From contig JBOGRY010000018.1 of assembly GCA_050749665.1 (NCBI GenBank), positions 152,206 to 216,205 of the forward strand: DNA of 64,000 nucleotides, given 5' to 3'. The notes under the pieces were generated by a model that was given only the letters and a program-made list of their open reading frames with translations, did no database searches and was not told where the DNA came from. The translations under genes were made by a program, and so were the position numbers. Source of the DNA: Candidatus Micrarchaeaceae archaeon (GTDB lineage Archaea > Micrarchaeota > Micrarchaeia > Micrarchaeales > Micrarchaeaceae). Below, piece by piece: positions 9,822-18,765 of this stretch (its first letter is position 1; every line of letters begins with the position of its first letter).

Positions 9822-9932
9822 CGGGCCTGATGGGATTTGAACCCACGACCTTCACCTTTCATCCCTTCCTGATAAAACTATTACCAAGGAGCTTAGAAGG
9901 GTGCCGCTCTATCCAAGCTGAGCTACAGGCCC
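9822..9932 (-). tRNA. tRNA-Arg (anticodon TCT) with a 36-nt intron at or next to the canonical 37/38 position
   Basis: Reverse complement reads GGGCCTG-TA-GCTC-AGCTTGGATA-GAGC-G-GCACC-CTTCTA[A]...intron...GGTGA-AGGTC-GTGGG-TTCAAAT-CCCAT-CAGGCCC-G. The acceptor stem has 7 perfect bp, and the D and T arms are intact (T-loop TTCAAAT). The anticodon loop is C-T-TCT-A-A. There is one G27:A43 mismatch. Total length is 111 nt against 75 nt mature. CCA is not encoded. Confidence 0.85.
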
Positions 9933-9939
9933 ACATGCT

Positions 9940-10737
9940 TTAGGAACGCATAGGCATTGCCTTTGTATGTATCCTAAAGAACCTCTTCGAGTTGCGGTTG
10001 AGAAGGTCCGCAGCCTTCGCGAACTCGAGCTTCTTTATCTCTGCAACCATGCCTATCGATATGTCTATGTCCTTTGGCGAGGCCCCCACAACAGGCGCAT
10101 CGCTTTCAGCCATTATATTATCTATGGCTATTTCCTTTATAACCTTGCTTCTTTTCCCGGAATGCAGCGGCGGTATGGATATCATGTAGCCGAGCCTTTC
10201 CACCTCCTTTGCCTGCTGCACGTTACCTTCGAAGAAGTGGATGTGCACGCTGTCCAGGCCGCTTTTTTCAATGATATGGATCACATCGTCCAGTGCGTCC
10301 CTGGAATGTATGCTGACCGGAAGCCTCAGCTCCTCTGCCAGCTCAATGAATTTCTCGAAAACATGTTTCTGCCTTTCCACAAGGACCGTGTCCTTGACGA
10401 TTCCGTAGTCCAAGCCTATCTCGCCTATTCCGACTATCTTGCCGCAATTCTGCCTTATCGTATTTATGTTGAACTCGAGCTCCTCATCGCTCATGCCGGC
10501 ATGCTCTGGGTCCACTCCCAGCATTGCAAATATGTTCCTGTTGTCAACGAGTTCCAGGCTTCGCATGTTTGATTTCGTATCGACCCCATTTGTCACTATG
10601 GTATGCACGCCGTCCATTATCGCGTCCTTTATGGTTTTGCTGTCGCTTATTAGGTCCAAATGGCAGTGTGCGTCTGCGCTTTCGGTTTTCTGCTTGTACT
10701 GCATCAGCTTATCCTTTACTACCTGCGAAGTCCTCAA
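9940..10737 (-). CDS. TatD-family metal-dependent hydrolase or DNase
   Basis: 'DAHCHLD' (HxH motif), 'GEIGLDY', 'VSIHSR' and 'ESDAPV' are the conserved TatD metal-ligand motifs, in the expected order. Confidence 0.8.
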   Translation of the reverse strand: MRTSQVVKDKLMQYKQKTESADAHCHLDLISDSKTIKDAIMDGVHTIVTNGVDTKSNMRSLELVDNRNIFAMLGVDPEHAGMSDEELEFNINTIRQNCGKIVGIGEIGLDYGIVKDTVLVERQKHVFEKFIELAEELRLPVSIHSRDALDDVIHIIEKSGLDSVHIHFFEGNVQQAKEVERLGYMISIPPLHSGKRSKVIKEIAIDNIMAESDAPVVGASPKDIDISIGMVAEIKKLEFAKAADLLNRNSKRFFRIHTKAMPMRS

Positions 10738-10823
10738 ATAACGTACCCCTTGGGTTCCTGTTATCTATTTGACAGCAAAGATTAAATAGCCAAATTCCGA
10801 TATGATTATATACTGTGGTGCCG

Positions 10824-11825
10824 ATGGCAAGAACGAAGCAGGTAGTGAGAAGGCTTGAGATCGTAATAGCGCTTCTTGTTGTTGTAATAGTGGCGCTCGC
10901 GCTTTACATCATGTATCCATACATACAGCTTTCAGTACAGGGCCAGCCCTACGGCAACAGATTGACAGGGATAAACACACCGTTGAGCAGCCAGCAGCTT
11001 TCTGTGATAAACGATGCTCCAAACAGCTATTTCGAAACTGCAGGAGAGATGATGCTAAACCTGTCCATACCTGGCGAGCAGTACCAGAACGGGACCTACT
11101 TCGGGCCGCTTTTCGAGGTATCGCTTGCAAAGCCCTTGCAGTACAACTCCCTTGTAATAAATGGAAAGCCCAGCGTTGTTTACATAGGCGCCATATCATG
11201 CATATACTGCGGCGAGAACAGGTGGGCCATGGGCCTTGCGCTCTCGCGTTTCGGCTCATTTGCGAATCTTTATACGGGATACAGCTCCATAGGCGACGGG
11301 GACGTGCCAACGCTGTACTGGTCGCAGCAGAACATAACCACAAAGGCGAAGGCCGGATATGGCAACAGCTACAGCAGCAATTACATAAATTTCTTCAGTG
11401 TTGAATACGATTCCCCTATAACGGCCGGATTCGAGTTTCCGACCTCAACCTATCCTATACAGTTCTTTACGGCAAACGCCACTAATTCCAGCTACGCAGC
11501 TGCCATGTCGTTCATGAACATGACAAACATGTTCCAGGGAACGCCGTTCACCTTCTGGGGCATGTCGCTGAACAGAGGTGCAGATGCGGTGGTGTTCGGC
11601 AACGGCACTTCACAGACAGAAATATCGAACAACATCCCCCTAACATTCATGTCGCACGACCAGGTATACAGCCTATTGCAAGGGTTCAACAGCACGTTCG
11701 CATATGAGGAATACGCCGCGGCAGACGTGTACATAGCCGAGACATGCCCATCGATAAACTACTCTGCCGCTATTTGCTCCCTCCCGGCAATAAGGACCAT
11801 AGACAGCAAAATGGGACTATCATGA
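10824..11825 (+). CDS. DUF929-like, membrane-anchored thioredoxin-fold protein (CxxC plus cis-Pro loop), predicted extracytoplasmic
   Basis: N-terminal signal anchor 'LEIVIALLVVVIVALALYIMY'. 'VVYIGAISCIYCGENRWAMGLALSRFGSF' has the beta-strand/CxxC/helix layout of the thioredoxin fold, and a downstream 'VPT' fits a cis-Pro loop. Many N-x-S/T sequons are present. SD GGTG lies just upstream of ATG 10824. The DUF929 assignment is from memory of the 'CxYCAxxRW...RFG' motif. Confidence 0.6.
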   Translation: MARTKQVVRRLEIVIALLVVVIVALALYIMYPYIQLSVQGQPYGNRLTGINTPLSSQQLSVINDAPNSYFETAGEMMLNLSIPGEQYQNGTYFGPLFEVSLAKPLQYNSLVINGKPSVVYIGAISCIYCGENRWAMGLALSRFGSFANLYTGYSSIGDGDVPTLYWSQQNITTKAKAGYGNSYSSNYINFFSVEYDSPITAGFEFPTSTYPIQFFTANATNSSYAAAMSFMNMTNMFQGTPFTFWGMSLNRGADAVVFGNGTSQTEISNNIPLTFMSHDQVYSLLQGFNSTFAYEEYAAADVYIAETCPSINYSAAICSLPAIRTIDSKMGLS

Positions 11826-12316
11826 ACGCTTACGGCGAGCTTAAGCGGATATACAAACCAAAGTATGTGGCACTCAACATCGCCATTGCAATAGTGTACT
11901 ACTTTGCGGTGAGCTACCTGCTGAAGTTGCAGCAGGAAGGCGTGCCAATTACATCGGTACCATTGTATCTTGTATACGCGCTTATTGCAACATCATCCAT
12001 AACCCTTACCATAGCGATATACTCAGCCGCCAATACGAGAAGGAACGAGGCTAAAGTGTCCGCAACATCGGCAAGCGTACTGACAACCATCGGTGGAGGC
12101 ATATTCGCGGGATGCGGCTGCCAGGCAGCCATACTCTTCAATGTGATTGCTTTTTCTGCAGGCACCGGCGAGGCGGCATCCATAAGCATCATAGCCTCGG
12201 AGAACGCACCGTACATATTTGCCGCAATGATAGTAATAAATCTTTTAATAACCGCATACTATCTTGAGAAGTTCACCAATCCAAGCTGCAACATAAAGAA
12301 AACAAGGAAAAAATGA
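11822..12316 (+). CDS. Four-TM membrane protein with an intramembrane Cys pair ('AGCGCQ'), translationally coupled to the DUF929 gene
   Basis: Its ATG overlaps the upstream stop (ATGA at 11822-11825). Four hydrophobic segments are present. Cysteines are restricted to 'GGGIFAGCGCQAAILF' and the C-terminal 'NPSCN'. Confidence 0.5.
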   Translation: MNAYGELKRIYKPKYVALNIAIAIVYYFAVSYLLKLQQEGVPITSVPLYLVYALIATSSITLTIAIYSAANTRRNEAKVSATSASVLTTIGGGIFAGCGCQAAILFNVIAFSAGTGEAASISIIASENAPYIFAAMIVINLLITAYYLEKFTNPSCNIKKTRKK

Positions 12317-13392
12317 TGGTACCAATGGCTAGGAAGAAGGCAATGAAGGCTGTGCGAAGGAAAACTGCTCCAAAAGCCAGAAGATCGACGCCGCGCAAGG
12401 AAAGGCCGGCAAAGACGCTGGCTTTGCATTATGACGAGCCGCAGCGCGGCCTTGACGACGTGCTGATAAGGGGCGTGCTGTCAAATAAGAGCGGCAGTTA
12501 CTCAACGGAATACGCCATACTGTTCAATTCGGTATTGTCCACGCTGACACCGGGGTTGCGCAACCTTTACTACAAGAACGGCATATCTGTCGGAAGGGAA
12601 CTATACAGGACGCTTCTCAGCGAGAAGAGGTACACGTGGTACGAGGAAGGCGTGGCCGACCTTGTAAGGTTCCTTGAGCGTGCGGGATTCAACGGCATAA
12701 CGTACAACATATATCCCGACATGATAGACATAAAGTTCCACAACCGCGACAGGACAGCACTAGGCATAAACACCCACGTGTTCGAATCGGGGATAATAAG
12801 CGGCTTCCTTACTGCAGGAAAGCAGCAGCACGTAAAAGTAGAGGAGATAAAATGCAGCAACAACGGCTCCAGCTTCTGCCACTTCGTAACAACGGATAAG
12901 CTGCCGCTGTATCTCGAGCCCAGCGGCAATGATACGCTCGAGAGGTTCACATACTCGATAAAGGATCGCATATCCTCTGGCGATAAGGGAGCCCTGCAGC
13001 AAAACAGGTTCGCAGACGAATATTACGCTCTGTCCTCTTCTGTATTCCTGAATTACGATTACATAGCCCACATGCAAAAGATAGCCTACCATCTCGGCAC
13101 GCAGGTAGCGCCAGCGCTCAAGCTCACGAGCCTTAACGGCAGCAGCGGCAGGTCCCTTGAAAGGCTGTACTCGCTGCTTGGACTTGGAATTCTCAAGGTG
13201 GAATCCGCAAAGCCTGCAAAGATATCAATAAGATTCGACAGGCTAAAGGCTAAAAAGGAGTTCGTTGATATATCTATCGCCTTTCTGAGCGGGCTGCTTA
13301 GGCATTCTATGAAGAACAGATCACCTGTTGAACCAAAGGTGTCAAGGAAAGGAAACTCTTACATGGTGTACGTCACTGAATCAAGCAAATGA
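12313..13392 (+). CDS. V4R-domain (COG1719-like) protein with a highly basic N-terminal tail
   Basis: 'FESGIISGFLTAGKQQHVKVEEIKCSNNGSSFCHFV' fits the V4R pattern (E..C...G...C.F). The N-terminus 'MARKKAMKAVRRKTAPKARRSTPRKERPAK' is Lys/Arg-rich. Its start overlaps the upstream stop (ATGATGG); an alternative ATG is at 12325. Confidence 0.45.
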   Translation: MMVPMARKKAMKAVRRKTAPKARRSTPRKERPAKTLALHYDEPQRGLDDVLIRGVLSNKSGSYSTEYAILFNSVLSTLTPGLRNLYYKNGISVGRELYRTLLSEKRYTWYEEGVADLVRFLERAGFNGITYNIYPDMIDIKFHNRDRTALGINTHVFESGIISGFLTAGKQQHVKVEEIKCSNNGSSFCHFVTTDKLPLYLEPSGNDTLERFTYSIKDRISSGDKGALQQNRFADEYYALSSSVFLNYDYIAHMQKIAYHLGTQVAPALKLTSLNGSSGRSLERLYSLLGLGILKVESAKPAKISIRFDRLKAKKEFVDISIAFLSGLLRHSMKNRSPVEPKVSRKGNSYMVYVTESSK

Positions 13393-14874
13393 TTGGTGCT
13401 GAATTTGGCTCTTGAGTTTATAGACAAGATAGAACGTTTCATACCCAGCATTACGTCTCCGTCGAAGCCCCTCTCATTAAGGGAAAAGATGTACTGGACG
13501 GCCGGCATAATAGTAGTATACTTCATGCTCTACAACATATACGCCATAGGGGTGAACCAGACAGCTGTCAACCAGCCGTTCCTGCAGCTCATAAGCATAA
13601 TATTCGCGGCAAAGATAGGCAGCCTTATAACAGTGGGGATAGGCCCGATAGTGCTGTCAAGCATAATACTGCAGCTTGTTACGGGCTCGGGCCTGATGGA
13701 CATAGATCAGAACGACCCTACAAACAAGGCAAGGCTGCAGACCCTGCAGAAGGTCGCAGCTATAGGGATAGCAATCGTAGAATCGTTCATATTCGTGTAT
13801 ACCGGCTACGTGCCGGCCTCTTCCCCTGCTTTAATACCGATTGTGATAGCGCAGCTTGCAATCGGCGCAGTGGTGATAATATACTTAGACGAGACGATGA
13901 CAAAGTACGGCATCACTTCAGGAATAAACATGTTCATAGCAGCAGGAGTGTCATATGCCATAGTCGCAGGAACCCTTAGCATACTGTTGCCTGAGGCCAT
14001 ATCCGCTCTGCAGGCAGGCGGCGCAGCGGCATTATCCAACGCAATACTGGCGTTCGGGCCGCTGTTCTTCGCTGTGATAGTATTCCTTGCGAGCATATAC
14101 GCATACGAGATGAAAGTAGAGCTGCCGCTTACATTTGAGCAGTTCAGAGGGGTAGGGGGGCGACTCCCCATACCGTTCCTATATGTCAGCGTACTGCCGG
14201 TGATACTTGCATCGTCGCTCGAGCTGAGCATGACTGTGTGGTTTAGATTCCTTGCAGGGGTCAAGGGCAACCTTGCCAACCTTACACGATTCATAGCCTA
14301 CTACCAGCCTGTGGCATCAACTAACGGCGCAACATCCCTCCAGCTCACCGGAGGCATAACTTATCTCATATCGCCTACGTTCCCTCTTCCTTATTCGGCA
14401 AACTACGGCGGTCTTGGCGGCTACTCGCAGTACTTCACGTATCTGATAAGCCATACAACCTCGCTATTCCTGCCATGGGGCGGAGTAGTGATGGTACCGG
14501 AATGGATACACGTAATAGTATATACCGTCGTGCTTGTGATCCTGTGCATAGTGTTCGGGAAGTTCTGGGTGGAGCTTACGGGCCAGAACCCCAAGGCGCT
14601 TGCCGAGCAGCTCGGCGAAACGGGCTGGCAGATACCCGGATTTAGGAGGGATCCGCGAATAGTGGAGAACGTGCTGAACAAGTACATACCTACGCTTACG
14701 GTCCTCGGAAGCATATTCGTAGGCCTGCTTGCCGCGCTTGCAACGCTTACAGGCGCTGTGGGCACAGGAATGGGAATACTCCTTACCGTTGGAATAATCT
14801 TCATGCTCTACCAGCAGCTCGAGCAGGAGCGCCTTTATGAGACGTATCCGTTCCTTGAGAAGATCGCGAAATAG
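13393..14874 (+). CDS. secY: Preprotein translocase subunit SecY
   Basis: 493-aa, 10-TM protein with the archaeal SecY/Sec61-alpha layout ('REKMYWTAGIIVVYFML', 'GITSGINMFIAAG', C-terminal 'GILLTVGII...YQQLEQE'). No ATG occurs before 'MYWT', so a TTG (13393) or GTG (13396) start is implied, directly abutting the upstream stop. Confidence 0.85.
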   Translation: MVLNLALEFIDKIERFIPSITSPSKPLSLREKMYWTAGIIVVYFMLYNIYAIGVNQTAVNQPFLQLISIIFAAKIGSLITVGIGPIVLSSIILQLVTGSGLMDIDQNDPTNKARLQTLQKVAAIGIAIVESFIFVYTGYVPASSPALIPIVIAQLAIGAVVIIYLDETMTKYGITSGINMFIAAGVSYAIVAGTLSILLPEAISALQAGGAAALSNAILAFGPLFFAVIVFLASIYAYEMKVELPLTFEQFRGVGGRLPIPFLYVSVLPVILASSLELSMTVWFRFLAGVKGNLANLTRFIAYYQPVASTNGATSLQLTGGITYLISPTFPLPYSANYGGLGGYSQYFTYLISHTTSLFLPWGGVVMVPEWIHVIVYTVVLVILCIVFGKFWVELTGQNPKALAEQLGETGWQIPGFRRDPRIVENVLNKYIPTLTVLGSIFVGLLAALATLTGAVGTGMGILLTVGIIFMLYQQLEQERLYETYPFLEKIAK

Positions 14875-14882
14875 ATAGTTCC

Positions 14883-15449
14883 ATGCTATACGACAAACTA
14901 AGACATGATCTGCACGTTCACAAGACGGTATACAGGCCGCTGGGCGACGCGCGCATACTCGGGAGGTGCGTCGAAAGGTATGCATTCGGGAAGATGCTGG
15001 ACATGGGCAGCGGCACGGGCATACAAGGCATAATAGGCGCCCTTAAGGGATGCCATGTCACGTTTGCAGACATCAACCCGAATGCTGTTGAATGCGCAAG
15101 GGAGAACGCAATGCTCAACAAAGCGCATGGGACATTCGTCGTTTCGGACCTGTTCTCGAGGATAAGGGAAAAGTTCAACACAATATCATTCGATCCGCCA
15201 TACCTTAGGTCTGGCCCGCTTAGCACCGCAAGGGTAAACCCGGCTACCGATGGGGGAAGAGGCGGCCGCGAGGTAATCGAAAGGTTCCTTAAGGAATACA
15301 AGCGTTACGTGATGAAGAGGCACGTAGTGCTAATGGTTGAGAGCTATTGGAACGGGTACGAGCACGACATAGACGAGCTGGGTGCGATTGTCGTCGACAG
15401 GATACACTACCCGTTGCTCGGAGACTGTGTAGTGCTTAAGTTCCAGTGA
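14883..15449 (+). CDS. SAM-dependent methyltransferase, HemK/Mtq2-like (N5-glutamine or N6-adenine MTase family)
   Basis: Motif I 'MLDMGSGTGIQGI' and motif IV 'SFDPPYL' ((D/N)PPY) are present. Confidence 0.7.
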   Translation: MLYDKLRHDLHVHKTVYRPLGDARILGRCVERYAFGKMLDMGSGTGIQGIIGALKGCHVTFADINPNAVECARENAMLNKAHGTFVVSDLFSRIREKFNTISFDPPYLRSGPLSTARVNPATDGGRGGREVIERFLKEYKRYVMKRHVVLMVESYWNGYEHDIDELGAIVVDRIHYPLLGDCVVLKFQ

Positions 15450-15466
15450 AACTGGCATCTATGAGG

Positions 15467-15541
15467 CTACAGATCGCCCACTCGGTGCCTCTGCGCCCTT
15501 CGCAGCCGCTTCCTGCGCTTCTTGAGCCATTTCCAGCGCAT
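15467..15541 (-). CDS. rpl41e: Ribosomal protein eL41 (L41e), 24 aa
   Basis: Not in the ORF track because it is under 60 aa. Reverse-strand ATG at 15541 gives '[24 protein letters not shown]'. 'MRWKW.KKR.+RL+R' matches the eL41 consensus (eukaryotic MRAKWRKKRMRRLKRKRRK; archaeal RMRWKWxKKRxRRLKR, as I recall it). It sits in an otherwise unassigned spacer. Confidence 0.65.
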   Translation of the reverse strand: MRWKWLKKRRKRLRRAQRHRVGDL

Positions 15542-15693
15542 TCTGCCCTTTTTCTTCCATTTCCTAGGTATGCTCCCCAGATAAAGCACCGAATAGTATT
15601 CTTATTTTTCAGCCGTCAGGATAAAGGCTAACTAATAGATTAATAACATAAAGATATTTAACTCTATCAATAAATACATACGTGGTGCCATTT

Positions 15694-16785
15694 ATGAACA
15701 AAGCGATCATAGCCTACGTTGCAGTGATAATCATAATCATAATACTAGCATATGTATTAACGGGCTTCAAGTTCCTCAACGCAAAATCAACCACTATCCC
15801 GATAACCGTATCTACAACAGTTGCGGCCGGCAGCACAACGATAAACTCGGTCATGGTCAACTATTCCAATACGATATCTCCATGCTCGTCTTTCGGCATA
15901 GTGGGACAGAAATTCAATACTACCTATACCGCTAAATGCAGCTCTCCGGGCGGCATCATATACGGGCTGTGGGTTGCAGCAGGGGACAGCGGCTACGAGC
16001 ATGTGTCGATAGAGGGTACAGGAGGCAATACCTATGTCACGCAGAACTCCACGTACAACTGCACAACGTTCTACGAGAACTTCACATTGCCCCAAGGAAC
16101 GTACGAAATAACATACATTACAGGAACCGGCGGCGGTTCGTGCGGCAACTCGATGGTTGCAATAAACACAACGGCAAACCCCCCTAGGAGCGTAGTGTAC
16201 AGCTACATATACAACGGCAACTTCAGCAACGGCGAGTACACAGGATGGAACCTTACCGGAAAGGGCTTCGGCACGGCTCCGCTCAACATATCGTACTCGG
16301 AATCTAAGCCTGATTTCTGCTATGAGGGCGAGCCGTGGTCCAATTACATTGGAGGGTACTTTGCGACGACATACAACTGCGGAATAAGCGTAGCCCCCGG
16401 CAACATCACCTCATCGCCGTTCGTTGTCGTGCCTTCAAAGCCGTTCCTCAACTTCAAGATAATAAGCCCCCAGGACCAGAACCTGTATGTCGAGATACTA
16501 AAAGGCAGCCCGCAGCTCATAAACGGCACAATAGAATACGTGAATTTCACCCCGGTAATAATGGCGCACTACAACACATACAACCTTACTGTCAACCCCA
16601 ATGCAACATCATCATTCGTTAACGTTACAATACCGATGGCGCAGTACATAAACGACGTGGCAGAGGTAAAGACAGTCGCAATAACAGAGCAGGGCGGAGA
16701 TTACATTGCCGTAGGCGATTTCGCGCTGTCGAACAGACCAGAGCAGCAGATGGGCATAGCCACGAACATAACAACATCAAATTGA
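15694..16785 (+). CDS. Membrane-anchored extracellular protein, sequon-rich (probable glycoprotein), function unknown
   Basis: N-terminal anchor 'AIIAYVAVIIIIIILAYVL', then a Thr/Ser/Asn/Gly-rich region with many N-x-S/T sites. SD GGTG at 15683-15687 precedes ATG 15694. Confidence 0.55.
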   Translation: MNKAIIAYVAVIIIIIILAYVLTGFKFLNAKSTTIPITVSTTVAAGSTTINSVMVNYSNTISPCSSFGIVGQKFNTTYTAKCSSPGGIIYGLWVAAGDSGYEHVSIEGTGGNTYVTQNSTYNCTTFYENFTLPQGTYEITYITGTGGGSCGNSMVAINTTANPPRSVVYSYIYNGNFSNGEYTGWNLTGKGFGTAPLNISYSESKPDFCYEGEPWSNYIGGYFATTYNCGISVAPGNITSSPFVVVPSKPFLNFKIISPQDQNLYVEILKGSPQLINGTIEYVNFTPVIMAHYNTYNLTVNPNATSSFVNVTIPMAQYINDVAEVKTVAITEQGGDYIAVGDFALSNRPEQQMGIATNITTSN

Positions 16786-16812
16786 TATATCAATCGGCAA
16801 CGGGAGGTTCCA

Positions 16813-18237
16813 TTGCAAGTCTACAACACGCTAACAAGGGCCAAGGAGGAATTCGTACCGCTTAAAGGCAACGATGTGCACATGTTCGTGTGCGGGCAGA
16901 CGGTATACGACGACGCGCACCTGGGCCATGCAAAGACGTACATAAGCTTCGATGTAGTGGCAAGGTGGCTTAGGCACATGGGCTACAACCTTGAATACGT
17001 GCAGAACATAACCGACATTGACGACAAGATAATAGCAAGGGCAAAGGAGCGCGGCATCCCGCCCATAGAACTGGCAAGGCATTACGAGAGCAGGTTCATG
17101 GAGGACATGGAACGCATAGGGGTGAAGAAGACCATTACTGTATATGCGAGGTCGCACGACTACATAGACGCGATGAGAGAGCAGATACAGACACTTCTTG
17201 ACAAGGGCTACGCATACAGGCTTGAGGATGATATATATTATGACATATCGAAGTTCAGCCGCTACACCGAAATATCCGGCATGAAAGTGGATGAGCTGGA
17301 GAAGCACAGGATAGAGCCGCGCGCAGGCAAGAAAAATGTATATGACTTCGCGCTCTGGAAGGCGCCAAAGGAGGGGGAGCCCAGTTGGACGATCAAATTG
17401 GACATAAACGGCAATGCAGCAGATATGAAGGGAAGGCCAGGCTGGCACATAGAGGACACTGCAACCACAGCCACGCTGTTCGGCCCAAGATACGATTTGC
17501 ACGGCGGCGCTCTTGAGCTGCTGTTCCCCCATCATTCAAACGAGATAGCGCAGGCAGAGGCCGCATACGACGTGCATCCTTTTGTCAAGTACTGGCTGCA
17601 TTCAGGGGTATTGAACATAAAGGGCACCAAGATGAGCAAGAGCCTGAAGAACTTCATAACAATAAGGGAGGCGCTCGAGAAGTACGAGCCAGAGGCGCTG
17701 CGCCTCATGATACTGGCAACGCACTACCGCAAGGAGGTGAACTACGAAGGCAAGTCCATGGACGTCGCAAGAAACAACCTACGGTACATGTATTCGTCGC
17801 TCAGCCTCTTCTACAACATGAAGGTAGTTGAGAAGGCACAGCATGATGGCATAATAAACGACATCGCATCAGGCCTTGAAACCGATTTCACCACTGCGAT
17901 GAGCGACGACTTCAACACCCCACTAGCAACAACAAAGCTAATCATAGCGATAAGGGCGCTGCGCGGCTTCACGGAATCGCATACGGAAATAGGCAGAGCC
18001 GCAATGGAATCGGCTATGGCAAAGCTGCTCTCGCTGGCGAATACCCTTGGCATACTGGAAAAGGACACCTACAAGGAAAAGCTCAGCGACGATGTCCACA
18101 AGCTAATAAACGCAAGGGAATCGCTAAGGAAGGAAAAGCGCTTCAAGGAAGCGGACGAAATAAGATCCGAACTGAAGGCGAAGCACGGCATAACGCTGGA
18201 AGACATGGAATACGGCACTGTATGGTACAAGGAATGA
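16813..18237 (+). CDS. cysS: Cysteine--tRNA ligase
   Basis: 'HLGHAKTYISFDV' (HIGH) and 'KMSKSLKNF' (KMSKS) class-I motifs are present. 'MQVYNTLTRAKEEFVP' matches the CysRS N-terminus. A TTG start is implied. Confidence 0.9.
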   Translation: MQVYNTLTRAKEEFVPLKGNDVHMFVCGQTVYDDAHLGHAKTYISFDVVARWLRHMGYNLEYVQNITDIDDKIIARAKERGIPPIELARHYESRFMEDMERIGVKKTITVYARSHDYIDAMREQIQTLLDKGYAYRLEDDIYYDISKFSRYTEISGMKVDELEKHRIEPRAGKKNVYDFALWKAPKEGEPSWTIKLDINGNAADMKGRPGWHIEDTATTATLFGPRYDLHGGALELLFPHHSNEIAQAEAAYDVHPFVKYWLHSGVLNIKGTKMSKSLKNFITIREALEKYEPEALRLMILATHYRKEVNYEGKSMDVARNNLRYMYSSLSLFYNMKVVEKAQHDGIINDIASGLETDFTTAMSDDFNTPLATTKLIIAIRALRGFTESHTEIGRAAMESAMAKLLSLANTLGILEKDTYKEKLSDDVHKLINARESLRKEKRFKEADEIRSELKAKHGITLEDMEYGTVWYKE

Positions 18238-18261
18238 GCGGGCTTCTCGTTTCGCGTGGCC

Positions 18262-18765
18262 TCAATCCGCTGCATCCTTCTTCTCGAGGATCTTCTTGCC
18301 TGTCTCAGCCCTGTTCTCGAGTTGGCCCCTTATTTTTTCCAGATCCTCTGGCTTGAGTACTTTCTCCAATATGTATTTCGAGTAGTCGAGCGATATCTGC
18401 GAGAGGTCCATGAGCATTGCCTGCAGCTCGAACATCTTGAACGATATCTCGTTCATGGGCTTAAGTATCTCTATGCCTGCCGGAGCATACCTAAACGATA
18501 TGCCGATGAGCGGCACAAAGCTGTCGAAAAGCACAGTGACAATGGCGCTTGTTATCCATATCCCGCCCTTCTCAAGCGGCTCCTCGACAGATCCGAAGCA
18601 GTATACTACCCCCTTCTCCTTCATGAGCCGCTCGTTTATGAGGTCCACAAGAATGGGCTGCAGCTTCTCCTTGTCCTCGCTTTGCATGTCAAAATAGAAT
18701 TTTACGAGCAAGCCACCCTTTGCTATCTTCTCTTCCGTTACCTTGTCAACGTCTGATTTAGGCAT
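18262..18765 (-). CDS. Hypothetical protein (167 aa)
   Basis: ORF immediately downstream of hisS (stop 18766, start 18765), so it is probably co-transcribed. I recognise no motif. Confidence 0.45.
   Translation of the reverse strand: MPKSDVDKVTEEKIAKGGLLVKFYFDMQSEDKEKLQPILVDLINERLMKEKGVVYCFGSVEEPLEKGGIWITSAIVTVLFDSFVPLIGISFRYAPAGIEILKPMNEISFKMFELQAMLMDLSQISLDYSKYILEKVLKPEDLEKIRGQLENRAETGKKILEKKDAAD

Noticed and set aside
9674-9943. 89-aa plus-strand ORF in the track
   Set aside because: It runs antisense through the tRNA-Arg gene and the structured spacer, so it is an artefact.
15446-15631. 61-aa plus-strand ORF in the track
   Set aside because: It is Pro/Leu/Ser-rich with no start context, and it is the antisense shadow of the eL41 micro-gene.
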